DNA of 13,705 nucleotides from a virus (taxonomy: Duplodnaviria > Heunggongvirae > Uroviricota > Caudoviricetes): IMG/VR virus record IMGVR_UViG_3300036715_001196, positions 64,001 to 77,705 of that record. One strand, written 5' to 3'. A program made the position numbers and the translations under genes. This document shows positions 1-7,717 of the stretch, in pieces. The notes beneath the pieces were generated by a model. That model ran no database searches and had not been told where the DNA came from. It was given only the letters and a program-made list of their open reading frames with translations. Numbering within the stretch: position 1 is the stretch's first letter; the number at the start of each line of letters is the position of its first letter.

Positions 1-1
1 T

Positions 2-142
2 GATTGCGCATATATGCTCGACTCAAATCCATGCGAGTTAGAAATACTTGCTAAATTCGGTGATGAAAGAGCAATTTTATTATTATCTGCATGTAAGGCA
101 TTTGCAGCTATTAATAAGATACATACACCAGTTATTGCTTGA
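2..142 (+). CDS. 5'-truncated (window edge) C-terminal part of an Ala-Ala-X-X module protein paralogue
   Basis: Frame 2 reads DCAYMLDSNPCELEILAKFGDERAILLLSACKAFAAINKIHTPVIA*, matching the C-terminal domain of the downstream paralogues. TGA at 140-142. Confidence 0.9.
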   Translation, partial: DCAYMLDSNPCELEILAKFGDERAILLLSACKAFAAINKIHTPVIA

Positions 143-167
143 CATCTAGTTCCAACTGTCATATAAT
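139..167 (+). promoter_or_regulatory. sigma70-type promoter
   Basis: TTGACA-17-TATAAT. Confidence 0.92.
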
Positions 168-197
168 TACTACATACAAAGACCGTAGGAGTACAAA

Positions 198-629
198 ATG
201 TCTAATGCATGGGATCACTTACCAAATGCGAAACACATTGATGCATTAATTGCATCAGTTAAAGCACACCCAGAAGAATGGGGTGCGGCATATTATGCGG
301 CAAGGGATGCGGCATATTATGCGGCGTGGGATGCGGCAAGTAATGCGGCATGTAAGGGGGCAAGGCATGCAGCATGGGGTGCAGCAAGGGGTACGACGTG
401 GGAAGCGGCACAAGATGCGGCAAGGTACGTGGCATGGGGTGCAGCAAGGAATGCGGCGGGGGATGCAATACTTGCCCTTATTGCATATGACGATTGTGCA
501 TATATGATCGACTCAAATCCGGGTGAGCTTGAAATAATTGCTAAATTAGGTAACGAAAAGGCAATTTTATTATTATCTGCATGTAAGGCACTTGCAGCTA
601 TTAAGATACATAAACCAGTTATTGCTTGA
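198..629 (+). CDS. Ala-Ala-X-X module protein, 143 aa, 15 modules; function unknown
   Basis: AGGAG 187-191 and its own promoter. 28-aa constant N-terminus, 60-aa module region, 55-aa constant C-terminus. Confidence 0.92.
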   Translation: MSNAWDHLPNAKHIDALIASVKAHPEEWGAAYYAARDAAYYAAWDAASNAACKGARHAAWGAARGTTWEAAQDAARYVAWGAARNAAGDAILALIAYDDCAYMIDSNPGELEIIAKLGNEKAILLLSACKALAAIKIHKPVIA

Positions 630-654
630 CTGTTGATTCCAAGTATCATATAAT
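626..654 (+). promoter_or_regulatory. sigma70-type promoter
   Basis: TTGACT-17-TATAAT. Confidence 0.9.
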
Positions 655-684
655 TACTACATACAAAGACCGTAGGAGTACAAA

Positions 685-1095
685 ATGTCTAATCTATGGG
701 ATCACTTACTAAATGCGAAACACATTGATGCAATACTTGCATCAGTTAAAGCACACCCAAAAGAATGGAGTGCGGCATGGGATTCGGCAAGTAGTGCGGC
801 AAGTAGTGCGGCACGGTTTGTGGCAAGGGGTGCGACATGGGATGTGGCAAGGATTGCGGTGTGGGAAGCGGCAAGGGATGCGGCATGGAGTGCGGCCTGT
901 AGTGCGGCATATTATGCGGCAAGGGATGCAATCGTCGCCCTTATTGCATATGACGATTGCGCATATATGCTTGATTCACAACCAAGTGAACTTGAAATAC
1001 TTGCTAAATTCGGTGATGAAAGGGCAATTTTATTATTACCTGCATGTAAGGCATTTGCAGCTATTAATAAGACACATACACCAGTTATTGCTTGA
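685..1095 (+). CDS. Ala-Ala-X-X module protein, 136 aa, 13 modules
   Basis: AGGAG RBS, promoter 626-654, conserved termini with the INKTHTPVIA tail variant. Confidence 0.92.
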   Translation: MSNLWDHLLNAKHIDAILASVKAHPKEWSAAWDSASSAASSAARFVARGATWDVARIAVWEAARDAAWSAACSAAYYAARDAIVALIAYDDCAYMLDSQPSELEILAKFGDERAILLLPACKAFAAINKTHTPVIA

Positions 1096-1120
1096 CAGTT
1101 GATTCCAGCTATCATATAAT
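1092..1120 (+). promoter_or_regulatory. sigma70-type promoter
   Basis: TTGACA-17-TATAAT. Confidence 0.92.
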
Positions 1121-1150
1121 TACTACATACAAAGACCGTAGGAGTAGAAA

Positions 1151-1582
1151 ATGTCTAATCCATGGGATCACTTACCAAATGCGAAACACATTGATGCATT
1201 AATTGCATCAGTTAAAGCACACCCAAAGGAATGGGGTGCGGCATATTATGCGGCAAGGGATGCGGCATATTATGCGGCGTGGGATGCGGCAAGTAATGCG
1301 GCATGTAAGGGGGCAAGGCATGCAGCATGGGGTGCAGCAAGGGGTGCATCGTGGGATGCGGCAAGGGATGCGGAATGGGATGCGGAATGGGATGCGGCAA
1401 GGAATGCGGCAGGGGATGCAATACTTGTCCTTATTGCATATGATGATTGCGCATATATGCTCAACTCAAATCCATGCGAGTTAGAAATAATTGCTAAATT
1501 CGGTAATGAAAAAGCAATACTTTTATTATCTGCATGTAAGGCACTTGCAGCTATTAAGATACATAAACCAGTTATTGCTTGA
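1151..1582 (+). CDS. Ala-Ala-X-X module protein, 143 aa, 15 modules
   Basis: AGGAG RBS, promoter 1092-1120, conserved termini. Confidence 0.92.
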   Translation: MSNPWDHLPNAKHIDALIASVKAHPKEWGAAYYAARDAAYYAAWDAASNAACKGARHAAWGAARGASWDAARDAEWDAEWDAARNAAGDAILVLIAYDDCAYMLNSNPCELEIIAKFGNEKAILLLSACKALAAIKIHKPVIA

Positions 1583-1607
1583 CAGTTGATTCCAACTGTC
1601 ATATAAT
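1579..1607 (+). promoter_or_regulatory. sigma70-type promoter with a 9-bp palindrome across -35 and spacer
   Basis: TTGACA-17-TATAAT; TGACAGTTG-attc-CAACTGTCA at 1580-1601. Confidence 0.92.
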
Positions 1608-1637
1608 TACTACATACAAACACAGCAGGAGTAGAAA

Positions 1638-2165
1638 ATGTCTAATGCATGGGATCACTTACCAAATGCGAAACACATTGATGCAATACTTGCATCAGTT
1701 AAAGCACACCCAAAAGAATGGGTTGCGGCGTGGAATGCGGCAAGGGTTGCGGCGTGGAATGTGGTAAGGGATGCGGCAAGGGGTGCAGCGTGGAGTGCAG
1801 CCTGGTGTGTGGCGTGGGATGCGGCAAGGGGTACAGCGTGGGATGCGGCAAGTAGTGCGGCAAGTAGTGCGGCAAGTAGTGCGGCAAGGGATGCGGCATG
1901 GAGTGCGGTGTGGGATGCAGCCTGGGGTGCGGTAAGGGATGTAGCAAGTGGTGCGGTAAGGGATGCGGCATATTATGCGGCAAGGGGTGCGGCGTGGGAT
2001 GCAATACTTGCCCTTATCGCGTATGATGATTGCGCATATATGCTCGACTCCGATCCGGGCGAGTTAGAAATACTTGCTAAATTCGGTGATGAAAGAGCAA
2101 TACTTTTATTACCTGCATGTAAGGCATTTGCAGCTATTAAGATACATAAACCAGTTATTGCTTGA
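1638..2165 (+). CDS. Ala-Ala-X-X module protein, 175 aa, 23 modules
   Basis: AGGAG RBS, promoter 1579-1607, conserved termini. Confidence 0.92.
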   Translation: MSNAWDHLPNAKHIDAILASVKAHPKEWVAAWNAARVAAWNVVRDAARGAAWSAAWCVAWDAARGTAWDAASSAASSAASSAARDAAWSAVWDAAWGAVRDVASGAVRDAAYYAARGAAWDAILALIAYDDCAYMLDSDPGELEILAKFGDERAILLLPACKAFAAIKIHKPVIA

Positions 2166-2190
2166 CTGTTGATTCCAGCTATCATATAAT
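2162..2190 (+). promoter_or_regulatory. sigma70-type promoter
   Basis: TTGACT-17-TATAAT. Confidence 0.9.
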
Positions 2191-2220
2191 TACTACTCAT
2201 TAAACAAACAGGAGTACAAA

Positions 2221-2934
2221 ATGTCTAATGCATGGGATCACTTACCAAATGCGAAACACATTGATGTATTAATTGCATCAGTTAAAGCACGCCCAAAAGA
2301 ATGGAGTGCGGCATATTATGCGGCAAGGGATGCGGCATATTATGCGGCGTGGGATGCGGCAAGTAATGCGGCATGTAAGGGGGCAAGGCATGCAGCATGG
2401 GGTGCAGCAAGGGGTACGACACGGGAAGCGGCACAAGATGCGGCAAGGTATACGGCATATTATGCGGCAAGGGGTGCGGTGTGGGATGCAATACTTGCCC
2501 TTATTGTATATGATGATTGCGCATATATACTCGACTCCGATCCGGGCGAGTTAGAAATACTTGCTAAATTCGGTGATGAAAGAGCAATACTTTTATTACC
2601 TGCATGTAAGGTATTTGCAGCTATTAAACATGTTAAATGGATCGGACCAGTGTTTAGGTGTGCTAAATTCCATTTGTCGCCGGGAATCAAACAGAAGGAC
2701 GGGATGCTTAATTATATATGTCTAGCAATCGACAATGTTATCGCAGTTCCAGATGAAGCAAAGTCTGCTGCAAGGAAAATAATTAATGACAGGCTAGATG
2801 GCTATGCGGATGTATCTATTTGGTTGCAACATGTAGCTGGAATTCATCCGCGTCGACTTTCATATAAGGCAGTACAAACATTCCGGCACGAATGGCTCGA
2901 TGAATTGATTAAAGAGTTTTCAGTAAATGACTAA
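2221..2934 (+). CDS. Ala-Ala-X-X module protein (15 modules) fused to an unrelated ~100-aa C-terminal domain, 237 aa
   Basis: Matches the family up to ...AAIK (~2628), then continues in frame as HVKWIGPVFRCAKFHL...RHEWLDELIKEFSVND. Confidence 0.88.
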   Translation: MSNAWDHLPNAKHIDVLIASVKARPKEWSAAYYAARDAAYYAAWDAASNAACKGARHAAWGAARGTTREAAQDAARYTAYYAARGAVWDAILALIVYDDCAYILDSDPGELEILAKFGDERAILLLPACKVFAAIKHVKWIGPVFRCAKFHLSPGIKQKDGMLNYICLAIDNVIAVPDEAKSAARKIINDRLDGYADVSIWLQHVAGIHPRRLSYKAVQTFRHEWLDELIKEFSVND

Positions 2935-3445
2935 TAAAGAAATTGCAATTAAAGTCTTTAAAAGTCATTTAGCACTTGCACAAGATAGTCCAACTAAGTT
3001 TAAGAATACAGTTATCAACGAGATTATTAAGACACTTGACTGCGGGCTACGTGTTGCAACTGCATTCTATAATGAGGCTGTAAAACAAACCCCTAAGAGC
3101 ATAAAGCTCGTTCGCATTCCTGTCAAGAAGTTTATTATTAAAGACAAGCATAGTAAGGTTGAAACAGTCGAAGTTGAGAGTAGCGAACCTGAAGACGCAG
3201 ATTGTTATACTGTATTTGAGATTGTAGGGCAAGTGGTTGGTCGCACTAAGTCTTTTTCAACAAAGGGAGAAGCTACTAAGGATTTCAGTTTTAGAGTTAC
3301 ATATTGGCCGGACAGCATTTGGTTGATGATTAAAGGTCTTGGTAGGAACTCGGGTGAAGAGTATCGTGTTGAGCGAAAGATGAAATGGGAGTTGAAGCAT
3401 ATTCCTAAACATCTTCAAAAAGAAGTTGATATGGCTTCATCTTGA
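2927..3445 (+). CDS. Hypothetical protein, 172 aa, with an N-terminal helical motif shared with two other genes in the window
   Basis: 8-nt overlap with the upstream gene, weak AAAGAG RBS, long open frame. Motif VINEIIKTLDCGLRVATAFYN. Confidence 0.85.
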   Translation: MTNKEIAIKVFKSHLALAQDSPTKFKNTVINEIIKTLDCGLRVATAFYNEAVKQTPKSIKLVRIPVKKFIIKDKHSKVETVEVESSEPEDADCYTVFEIVGQVVGRTKSFSTKGEATKDFSFRVTYWPDSIWLMIKGLGRNSGEEYRVERKMKWELKHIPKHLQKEVDMASS

Positions 3446-3454
3446 TCATATAAT
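3426..3454 (+). promoter_or_regulatory. sigma70-type promoter with the -35 inside the upstream CDS
   Basis: TTGATA-17-TATAAT. Confidence 0.8.
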
Positions 3455-3484
3455 TACTACTCATTAAACAAACAGGGGTACAAA

Positions 3485-3907
3485 ATGTCTAATACGTGGG
3501 CTCACTTACCAAATGCGAAACACATTGATGTATTAATTGCATCAGTTAAAGCACACCCAAAAGAATGGAGTGCGGAGCGGGATGCGGCAATGGATGCGGA
3601 ATGGGACGCGGCAAGGGATGCAGCATGGAGTGCGGTGTGGGATGCAGCAAGGGATGCAGAGTGGGATGCGGCGTGGGATGCGGCGTGGGATGCGGCAAGG
3701 GATGTGACATGGGACGCGGCAAGTAGTGCGGCATGGAATGCAATCGTTGCCCTTATTGCGTATGATGATTGTGCATATATGCTCAACTCAGCCCCAAGCG
3801 AGTTAGAAATACTTGCTAAATTAGGTGATGGAAGAGCAATACTTTTATTACCTGCATGTAAGGCATTTGCAGCTATTAATAAGACACATACACCAGTTAT
3901 TGCTTGA
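3485..3907 (+). CDS. Ala-Ala-X-X module protein, 140 aa, 14 modules
   Basis: AGGGG RBS, promoter 3426-3454, conserved termini. Confidence 0.92.
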   Translation: MSNTWAHLPNAKHIDVLIASVKAHPKEWSAERDAAMDAEWDAARDAAWSAVWDAARDAEWDAAWDAAWDAARDVTWDAASSAAWNAIVALIAYDDCAYMLNSAPSELEILAKLGDGRAILLLPACKAFAAINKTHTPVIA

Positions 3908-3932
3908 CAGTTGATTCCAGCTGTCACACAAT
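3904..3932 (+). promoter_or_regulatory. Degenerate promoter cassette
   Basis: TTGACA-17-CACAAT; spacer identical to that of 6294-6322. Confidence 0.7.
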
Positions 3933-3965
3933 TACCACACATTAAACAACCCACAAGAGTACAAA

Positions 3966-4382
3966 ATGTCTAATCCATGGAATCACTTACCAAATGCTAA
4001 ACATATTGATGCAATACTTGCATCAATTAAAGCACACCCAAAAGAATGGGGTGCGGCGTGGGGTGCGGCAAGTAGTGCGGCAAGGGGTGCGGCATATTAT
4101 GCGGCAAGGGGCGCGGCAACCAGTGCGGCGTGGGAAGCGGCAAAGGGTGCAGCAAGGAAAGTGGAGTGGGGTGCGGCATATTATGCGGCAAGGGGCGCGG
4201 CAGGTGGTGCGACACAGGGCACGGCAAGGGATGCGGCGTGGGATGCAATCATTGCCCTTATCGCGTATGATGATTGCGCATATATGCTCAACTCAACTCC
4301 AGATGAACTTGAAATACTTGCTAAATTAGGCGATAGAAGAGCAATACTTTTGTTACCTGCATGTAAGGCATTTGCAGCCTAA
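3966..4382 (+). pseudogene. Decaying Ala-Ala-X-X module protein copy (16 modules, 138 aa, C-terminal 9 aa lost)
   Basis: A net 2-nt deletion (gcagctattaagata to gcagcctaagata) creates TAA at 4380-4382. Its -10 box is CACAAT and its RBS is AAGAG. It may still be translated from read-through mRNA. Confidence 0.7.
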
Positions 4383-4403
4383 GATACATAAACCAGTTAT
4401 TGC

Positions 4404-4432
4404 TTGACAAATAATCCCAACTGTCATATAAT
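4404..4432 (+). promoter_or_regulatory. sigma70-type promoter
   Basis: TTGACA-17-TATAAT. Confidence 0.92.
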
Positions 4433-4464
4433 TACTACATACACAAACATAACAGGAGTACAAA

Positions 4465-4830
4465 ATGCTTAAACGTGTTATTACGAAGGCCCACAAACAT
4501 CATGGTACAGCATACCCCGCTAAAGCAACAAAATACTTAGTGGACGTTAAACCCGGTGTAAGTGTTGCTATCTTCGACGACAGTACTGGTACAGAAGTTG
4601 CTGGTGCAAGCTTTAAGATTGGTGATCAGGCGGAATACGATTCCTTTAATTTAAGTTATTACGGGACTATCACTGCTATCAGTGAAAAGACTGTAACAAT
4701 AACATCACGCAAAGATACTCGAAACGAAAAAGTATATCGGTTGGATATGCACAAATTTTGCTGGCGTAATTACAACTTCAATTTAGAGAAAGCCCAAGCA
4801 GAGAATACTGAAACTAGCATGTATATCTAA
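4465..4830 (+). CDS. Hypothetical beta-rich phage-type protein, 121 aa
   Basis: AGGAG RBS and promoter 4404-4432. Motif FKIGDQAEYDSFNLSYYGTITAISEKTVTI suggests an SH3-like barrel (inference). Confidence 0.88.
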   Translation: MLKRVITKAHKHHGTAYPAKATKYLVDVKPGVSVAIFDDSTGTEVAGASFKIGDQAEYDSFNLSYYGTITAISEKTVTITSRKDTRNEKVYRLDMHKFCWRNYNFNLEKAQAENTETSMYI

Positions 4831-4831
4831 C

Positions 4832-5161
4832 ATGCCTGTCTTTGCATCATTAGGGCATCAAATGCAGTGTAACAAACGCAACGGTTATAAACCTGATCGT
4901 TGCGTTTGTGACAAAGACCCTGCCCTTAAAGGGGCTAAAGGTGGCAACTGTAACAGATAAGCATGCCAAGCACCTAATGCTTACTGGTACAACAAAGGCA
5001 CAAACAAATTCTATTGCGAAGATTGTGCTAAAATGATTAACCGGCAACCAACACAAGTCAGTACAGTACATACTTGTGTTCAATTCAGCCACCCGACGAA
5101 AATGTTGACTCCTAGAACCGTGTGTGCTAACATACAAACTTATGGAGGCACACATGGCTAG
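4832..5161 (+). pseudogene. Cys-rich, zinc-finger-like gene interrupted by an in-frame TAA at 4958-4960
   Basis: Manual translation: MPVFASLGHQMQCNKRNGYKPDRCVCDKDPALKGAKGGNCNR*ACQAPNAYWYNKGTNKFYCEDCAKMINRQ... The stop splits a C-x4-C...C-x2-C motif. ATG lies 1 nt after the upstream TAA. Confidence 0.65.
5105..5133 (+). promoter_or_regulatory. sigma70-type promoter, extended -10
   Basis: TTGACT-17-TAACAT with upstream TGn. Confidence 0.6.
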
Positions 5162-5285
5162 AGTCCCAACTCAAGAAGAAATTCAACACATCATGGAAAT
5201 TACGGGCTTGGAATACACCCAAGCCTATAATCACCTCGTACAATGCTACGAGTTACAAGACCGTAAGGCGCGAGGTAAATTATGA
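5154..5285 (+). CDS. Small protein, 43 aa (MARVPTQEEIQHIMEITGLEYTQAYNHLVQCYELQDRKARGKL)
   Basis: GGAGG 5144-5148, promoter 5105-5133. Below the ORF-track cutoff; translated by hand. Confidence 0.8.
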   Translation: MARVPTQEEIQHIMEITGLEYTQAYNHLVQCYELQDRKARGKL

Positions 5286-5389
5286 TATTCTGGTTAATGA
5301 TAGTATGTATATTTCTACTGTTGAATAATAGTATCTTCATTGGGCTTGCACTTTTAGCATTGATAATTTATTTAGATAAAAAGCGTTGA
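5282..5389 (+). CDS. Small membrane peptide, 35 aa (MIFWLMIVCIFLLLNNSIFIGLALLALIIYLDKKR)
   Basis: ATGA overlap with the previous gene, hydrophobic with a basic tail. The stop is the TGA of the next TTGACA. Confidence 0.65.
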   Translation: MIFWLMIVCIFLLLNNSIFIGLALLALIIYLDKKR

Positions 5390-5414
5390 CAACGGAACCT
5401 ACTTCCGGTATAAT
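5386..5414 (+). promoter_or_regulatory. sigma70-type promoter
   Basis: TTGACA-17-TATAAT; spacer contains CGGAA/TTCCG inverted repeat. Confidence 0.92.
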
Positions 5415-5451
5415 ACATACATCGCAAACATTATTATATAAGGAGTAGCAA

Positions 5452-6285
5452 ATGTCAATTCAACAAGTAAAAGATAAGTGTGCAGAGGTTTTCGCTAAAG
5501 CAACAGAACTGTACGGTGTTGATTGCTCTGCCGTAGCTATTAACTTCAACTTGCGTGGGCGTGTTGCAGGAAGCGCATCTAGACAAGGTTACTGTAATGG
5601 CCCACAAAAGCATACCTTAGAATTCAACAAAGACTTGATTGATCGTGAATTAGACACCATACTTACCGATGTAGTTCCGCATGAAATTGCTCATATCGTG
5701 TGTTTTATGAACCCAAGACTAGGTTCTAACCACGATGCTGGTTGGGCGCATGTATGCAGAAAGCTAGGCGGTACTGGTAGTCGAACACATAGTATGCAGA
5801 TTGTGTTTGGTAAAGGCAAAACATACGAATACACGACGACAGCTGGTGTAGCTATTCGTCTAAGCGAGCAGAGACATAAGGCAGTGCAAAAAGGTGGAAC
5901 ATTTACTTGCAAAGTTAGAAGCAAAGGTAAAATCAACAAGGAATGCTCGTTCACTATTGTCGGCATTGCTGGGCAAACACTTTCTAAACCAATTGCTGGT
6001 AACGTTCCAACAACACCGCTTGTAGATGGAGTGTCTGAAATACCAAAAGCACCTATAGTAGCAGATATTGCTAAAGAATTAAAAATACCTGTAGTGAAAG
6101 TAAAGTTAGCCAAAGGTAATGAAAGTAAGGCCGATGCTGCTAGACGTTTAATAAGTGTAGGCTTTGAAAGCGGCTTACACGAAAGTGAAATCATTGCCAG
6201 TATTATGCAAGCTAACGAGTTTGACTTACGTTTGGCTACTGCTTACTACAAAAACAATGCAAAGAAGCTTGGGTTTATTAGTTAA
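5452..6285 (+). CDS. sprT: SprT-like zinc metalloprotease (family-level call) with a C-terminal helical domain, 277 aa
   Basis: VVPHEIAHIVC (HExxH, aa 77-81), a downstream H-x-x-x-W motif (HDAGW) and N-terminal FNLRGRVAG, as in SprT proteins. AAGGAG RBS, promoter 5386-5414. Confidence 0.85.
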   Translation: MSIQQVKDKCAEVFAKATELYGVDCSAVAINFNLRGRVAGSASRQGYCNGPQKHTLEFNKDLIDRELDTILTDVVPHEIAHIVCFMNPRLGSNHDAGWAHVCRKLGGTGSRTHSMQIVFGKGKTYEYTTTAGVAIRLSEQRHKAVQKGGTFTCKVRSKGKINKECSFTIVGIAGQTLSKPIAGNVPTTPLVDGVSEIPKAPIVADIAKELKIPVVKVKLAKGNESKADAARRLISVGFESGLHESEIIASIMQANEFDLRLATAYYKNNAKKLGFIS

Positions 6286-6293
6286 AATAATAG

Positions 6294-6322
6294 TTGACAG
6301 TTGATTCCAGCTGTCATATAAT
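6294..6322 (+). promoter_or_regulatory. sigma70-type promoter
   Basis: TTGACA-17-TATAAT. Confidence 0.92.
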
Positions 6323-6352
6323 TACTACACATTAAACAAACAGGAGCAAACT

Positions 6353-6664
6353 ATGTATCCAATATTACTTAAATGTGTTTATATACACCTGCTAACAGTT
6401 GAAGCAAGTTCAGTTGAAGAAGCAATTGAAATTGCTAATGAAGATTATTGTATCTGTGATAACGATATTACTACAATCGAGGGTGATTGGGAATTGGATG
6501 ATACAGACTTTGCTTCTGCTGAAATGTTCAGTAATTGGCAAGACAGTCCCGTCGATGTTATCAAAGAAGCAAATAAGCTGTTGGTAGCTCACGGTTTAGT
6601 GTTTGTTGAGCAGGAAACCGATAAAGATACATATCAATTCGTATTGCAGAAAGTAGGCACATAA
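6353..6664 (+). CDS. Acidic hypothetical protein, 103 aa
   Basis: AGGAG RBS, promoter 6294-6322. Confidence 0.85.
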   Translation: MYPILLKCVYIHLLTVEASSVEEAIEIANEDYCICDNDITTIEGDWELDDTDFASAEMFSNWQDSPVDVIKEANKLLVAHGLVFVEQETDKDTYQFVLQKVGT

Positions 6665-6900
6665 TGAAAACAATTCAAGAAATCAAAACACTTGCTTCAC
6701 AGGCATCTTTCTTTGTACTACCATCCGGTACTCGTCTTCGTATGCGATACTGTAATGCGGAGATGTTCTCCGCATATGAAGAAGGCACTAATGTGAAGCA
6801 TTGGATTCGCTACGAAGCAGTCGATCTTAACGATGGCGAAACAGACTTTTTAGCATTAACCAGTTTGAAACACCCGCAGACTACACGGAGTATATCATGA
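6664..6900 (+). CDS. Hypothetical protein, 78 aa
   Basis: TAATG stop/start overlap with the upstream gene. Confidence 0.75.
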   Translation: MKTIQEIKTLASQASFFVLPSGTRLRMRYCNAEMFSAYEEGTNVKHWIRYEAVDLNDGETDFLALTSLKHPQTTRSIS

Positions 6901-7238
6901 CAGTAGATGTCCAAGGTAAGACAATTTGCGTCAATCAAAAGGTTGCTCGTGCTGCGAAATTACAAGTAAAGGATGGTTTGTGTATCCAAATCTGTACTGT
7001 AACACGTATCAATGAGGGGGCAGTATATCTCGACAATAGCAAACAGCCTATGAAGTTCCCTGAGCGGTTAGCTATTGTGGAACGTGCTCCACTCAATGAA
7101 GTTCAAGAGAATGTATTAAATGGGTATCACGAACGACTTGATAACGATGAGATTGCTGAAGAATACGACTTACTTGAAACCGAAGTTGCTGATATAATCG
7201 ATTGGCTGGATGAAAACGGCTATCATGTAAATGATTAA
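6897..7238 (+). CDS. Hypothetical protein, 113 aa, with a beta-rich N-terminus and an acidic HTH-like C-terminus
   Basis: ATGA overlap and GGAG RBS. C-terminal DEIAEEYDLLETEVADIIDWL has HTH-like spacing (inference). Confidence 0.8.
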   Translation: MTVDVQGKTICVNQKVARAAKLQVKDGLCIQICTVTRINEGAVYLDNSKQPMKFPERLAIVERAPLNEVQENVLNGYHERLDNDEIAEEYDLLETEVADIIDWLDENGYHVND

Positions 7239-7243
7239 AGTTG

Positions 7244-7272
7244 TTGACAAATGATTTCATTCGCAGTATAAT
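7244..7272 (+). promoter_or_regulatory. sigma70-type promoter
   Basis: TTGACA-17-TATAAT. Confidence 0.92.
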
Positions 7273-7302
7273 TATTACACATTAAACAAACAGGAGTACA
7301 AG

Positions 7303-7692
7303 ATGGAATCATTGCAAGAACGCATCCTTGAAGTATGTAATAACTTCTCAGAAGCAAGGTTCTCTAATTACTACAGCGGTCGTTGTATGTATAACCGTCA
7401 GTGTGTTGGTATTACAGGCAGCATGCATGAATGCATGAATGCAATTGCACACCTTGTCAAGAGCATGACTTCCGAATTGTGTCGAACTGCACGTGATGCA
7501 GATACACAGGGGGATATGGTTGAGTCACTTGATAACATGCAAGATCGCTTCGAACGTGATATCGATACTCTGCTTGACTTCAAGCAAGACAGTATGGGGT
7601 GTGATATTATTATCTATTGGGAACGTTTAACACCTATCGAAAACTTCGAAGACGAAGACGAAGACGAAGACGAAGACGAAGACGAGTTTTGA
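7303..7692 (+). CDS. Hypothetical protein, 129 aa, with an (ED)6 acidic tail
   Basis: AGGAG RBS, promoter 7244-7272. Confidence 0.88.
   Translation: MESLQERILEVCNNFSEARFSNYYSGRCMYNRQCVGITGSMHECMNAIAHLVKSMTSELCRTARDADTQGDMVESLDNMQDRFERDIDTLLDFKQDSMGCDIIIYWERLTPIENFEDEDEDEDEDEDEF
7648..7683 (+). repeat. (GAAGAC)6 coding microsatellite
   Basis: Six perfect hexamer units encoding EDEDEDEDEDED. Confidence 0.95.
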
Positions 7693-7717
7693 CATAGTAA
7701 TAAATCTGCATTACAAT
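7689..7717 (+). promoter_or_regulatory. sigma70-type promoter overlapping a terminator
   Basis: TTGACA-17-TACAAT. Confidence 0.8.

Noticed and set aside
4958-4960. Alternative genetic code (stop reassignment)
   Set aside because: TAA, TAG and TGA all terminate well-supported genes in this window.
4850-5155. ORF 4850..5155 (-)
   Set aside because: No RBS or promoter. The + strand has a better, motif-bearing interrupted gene.
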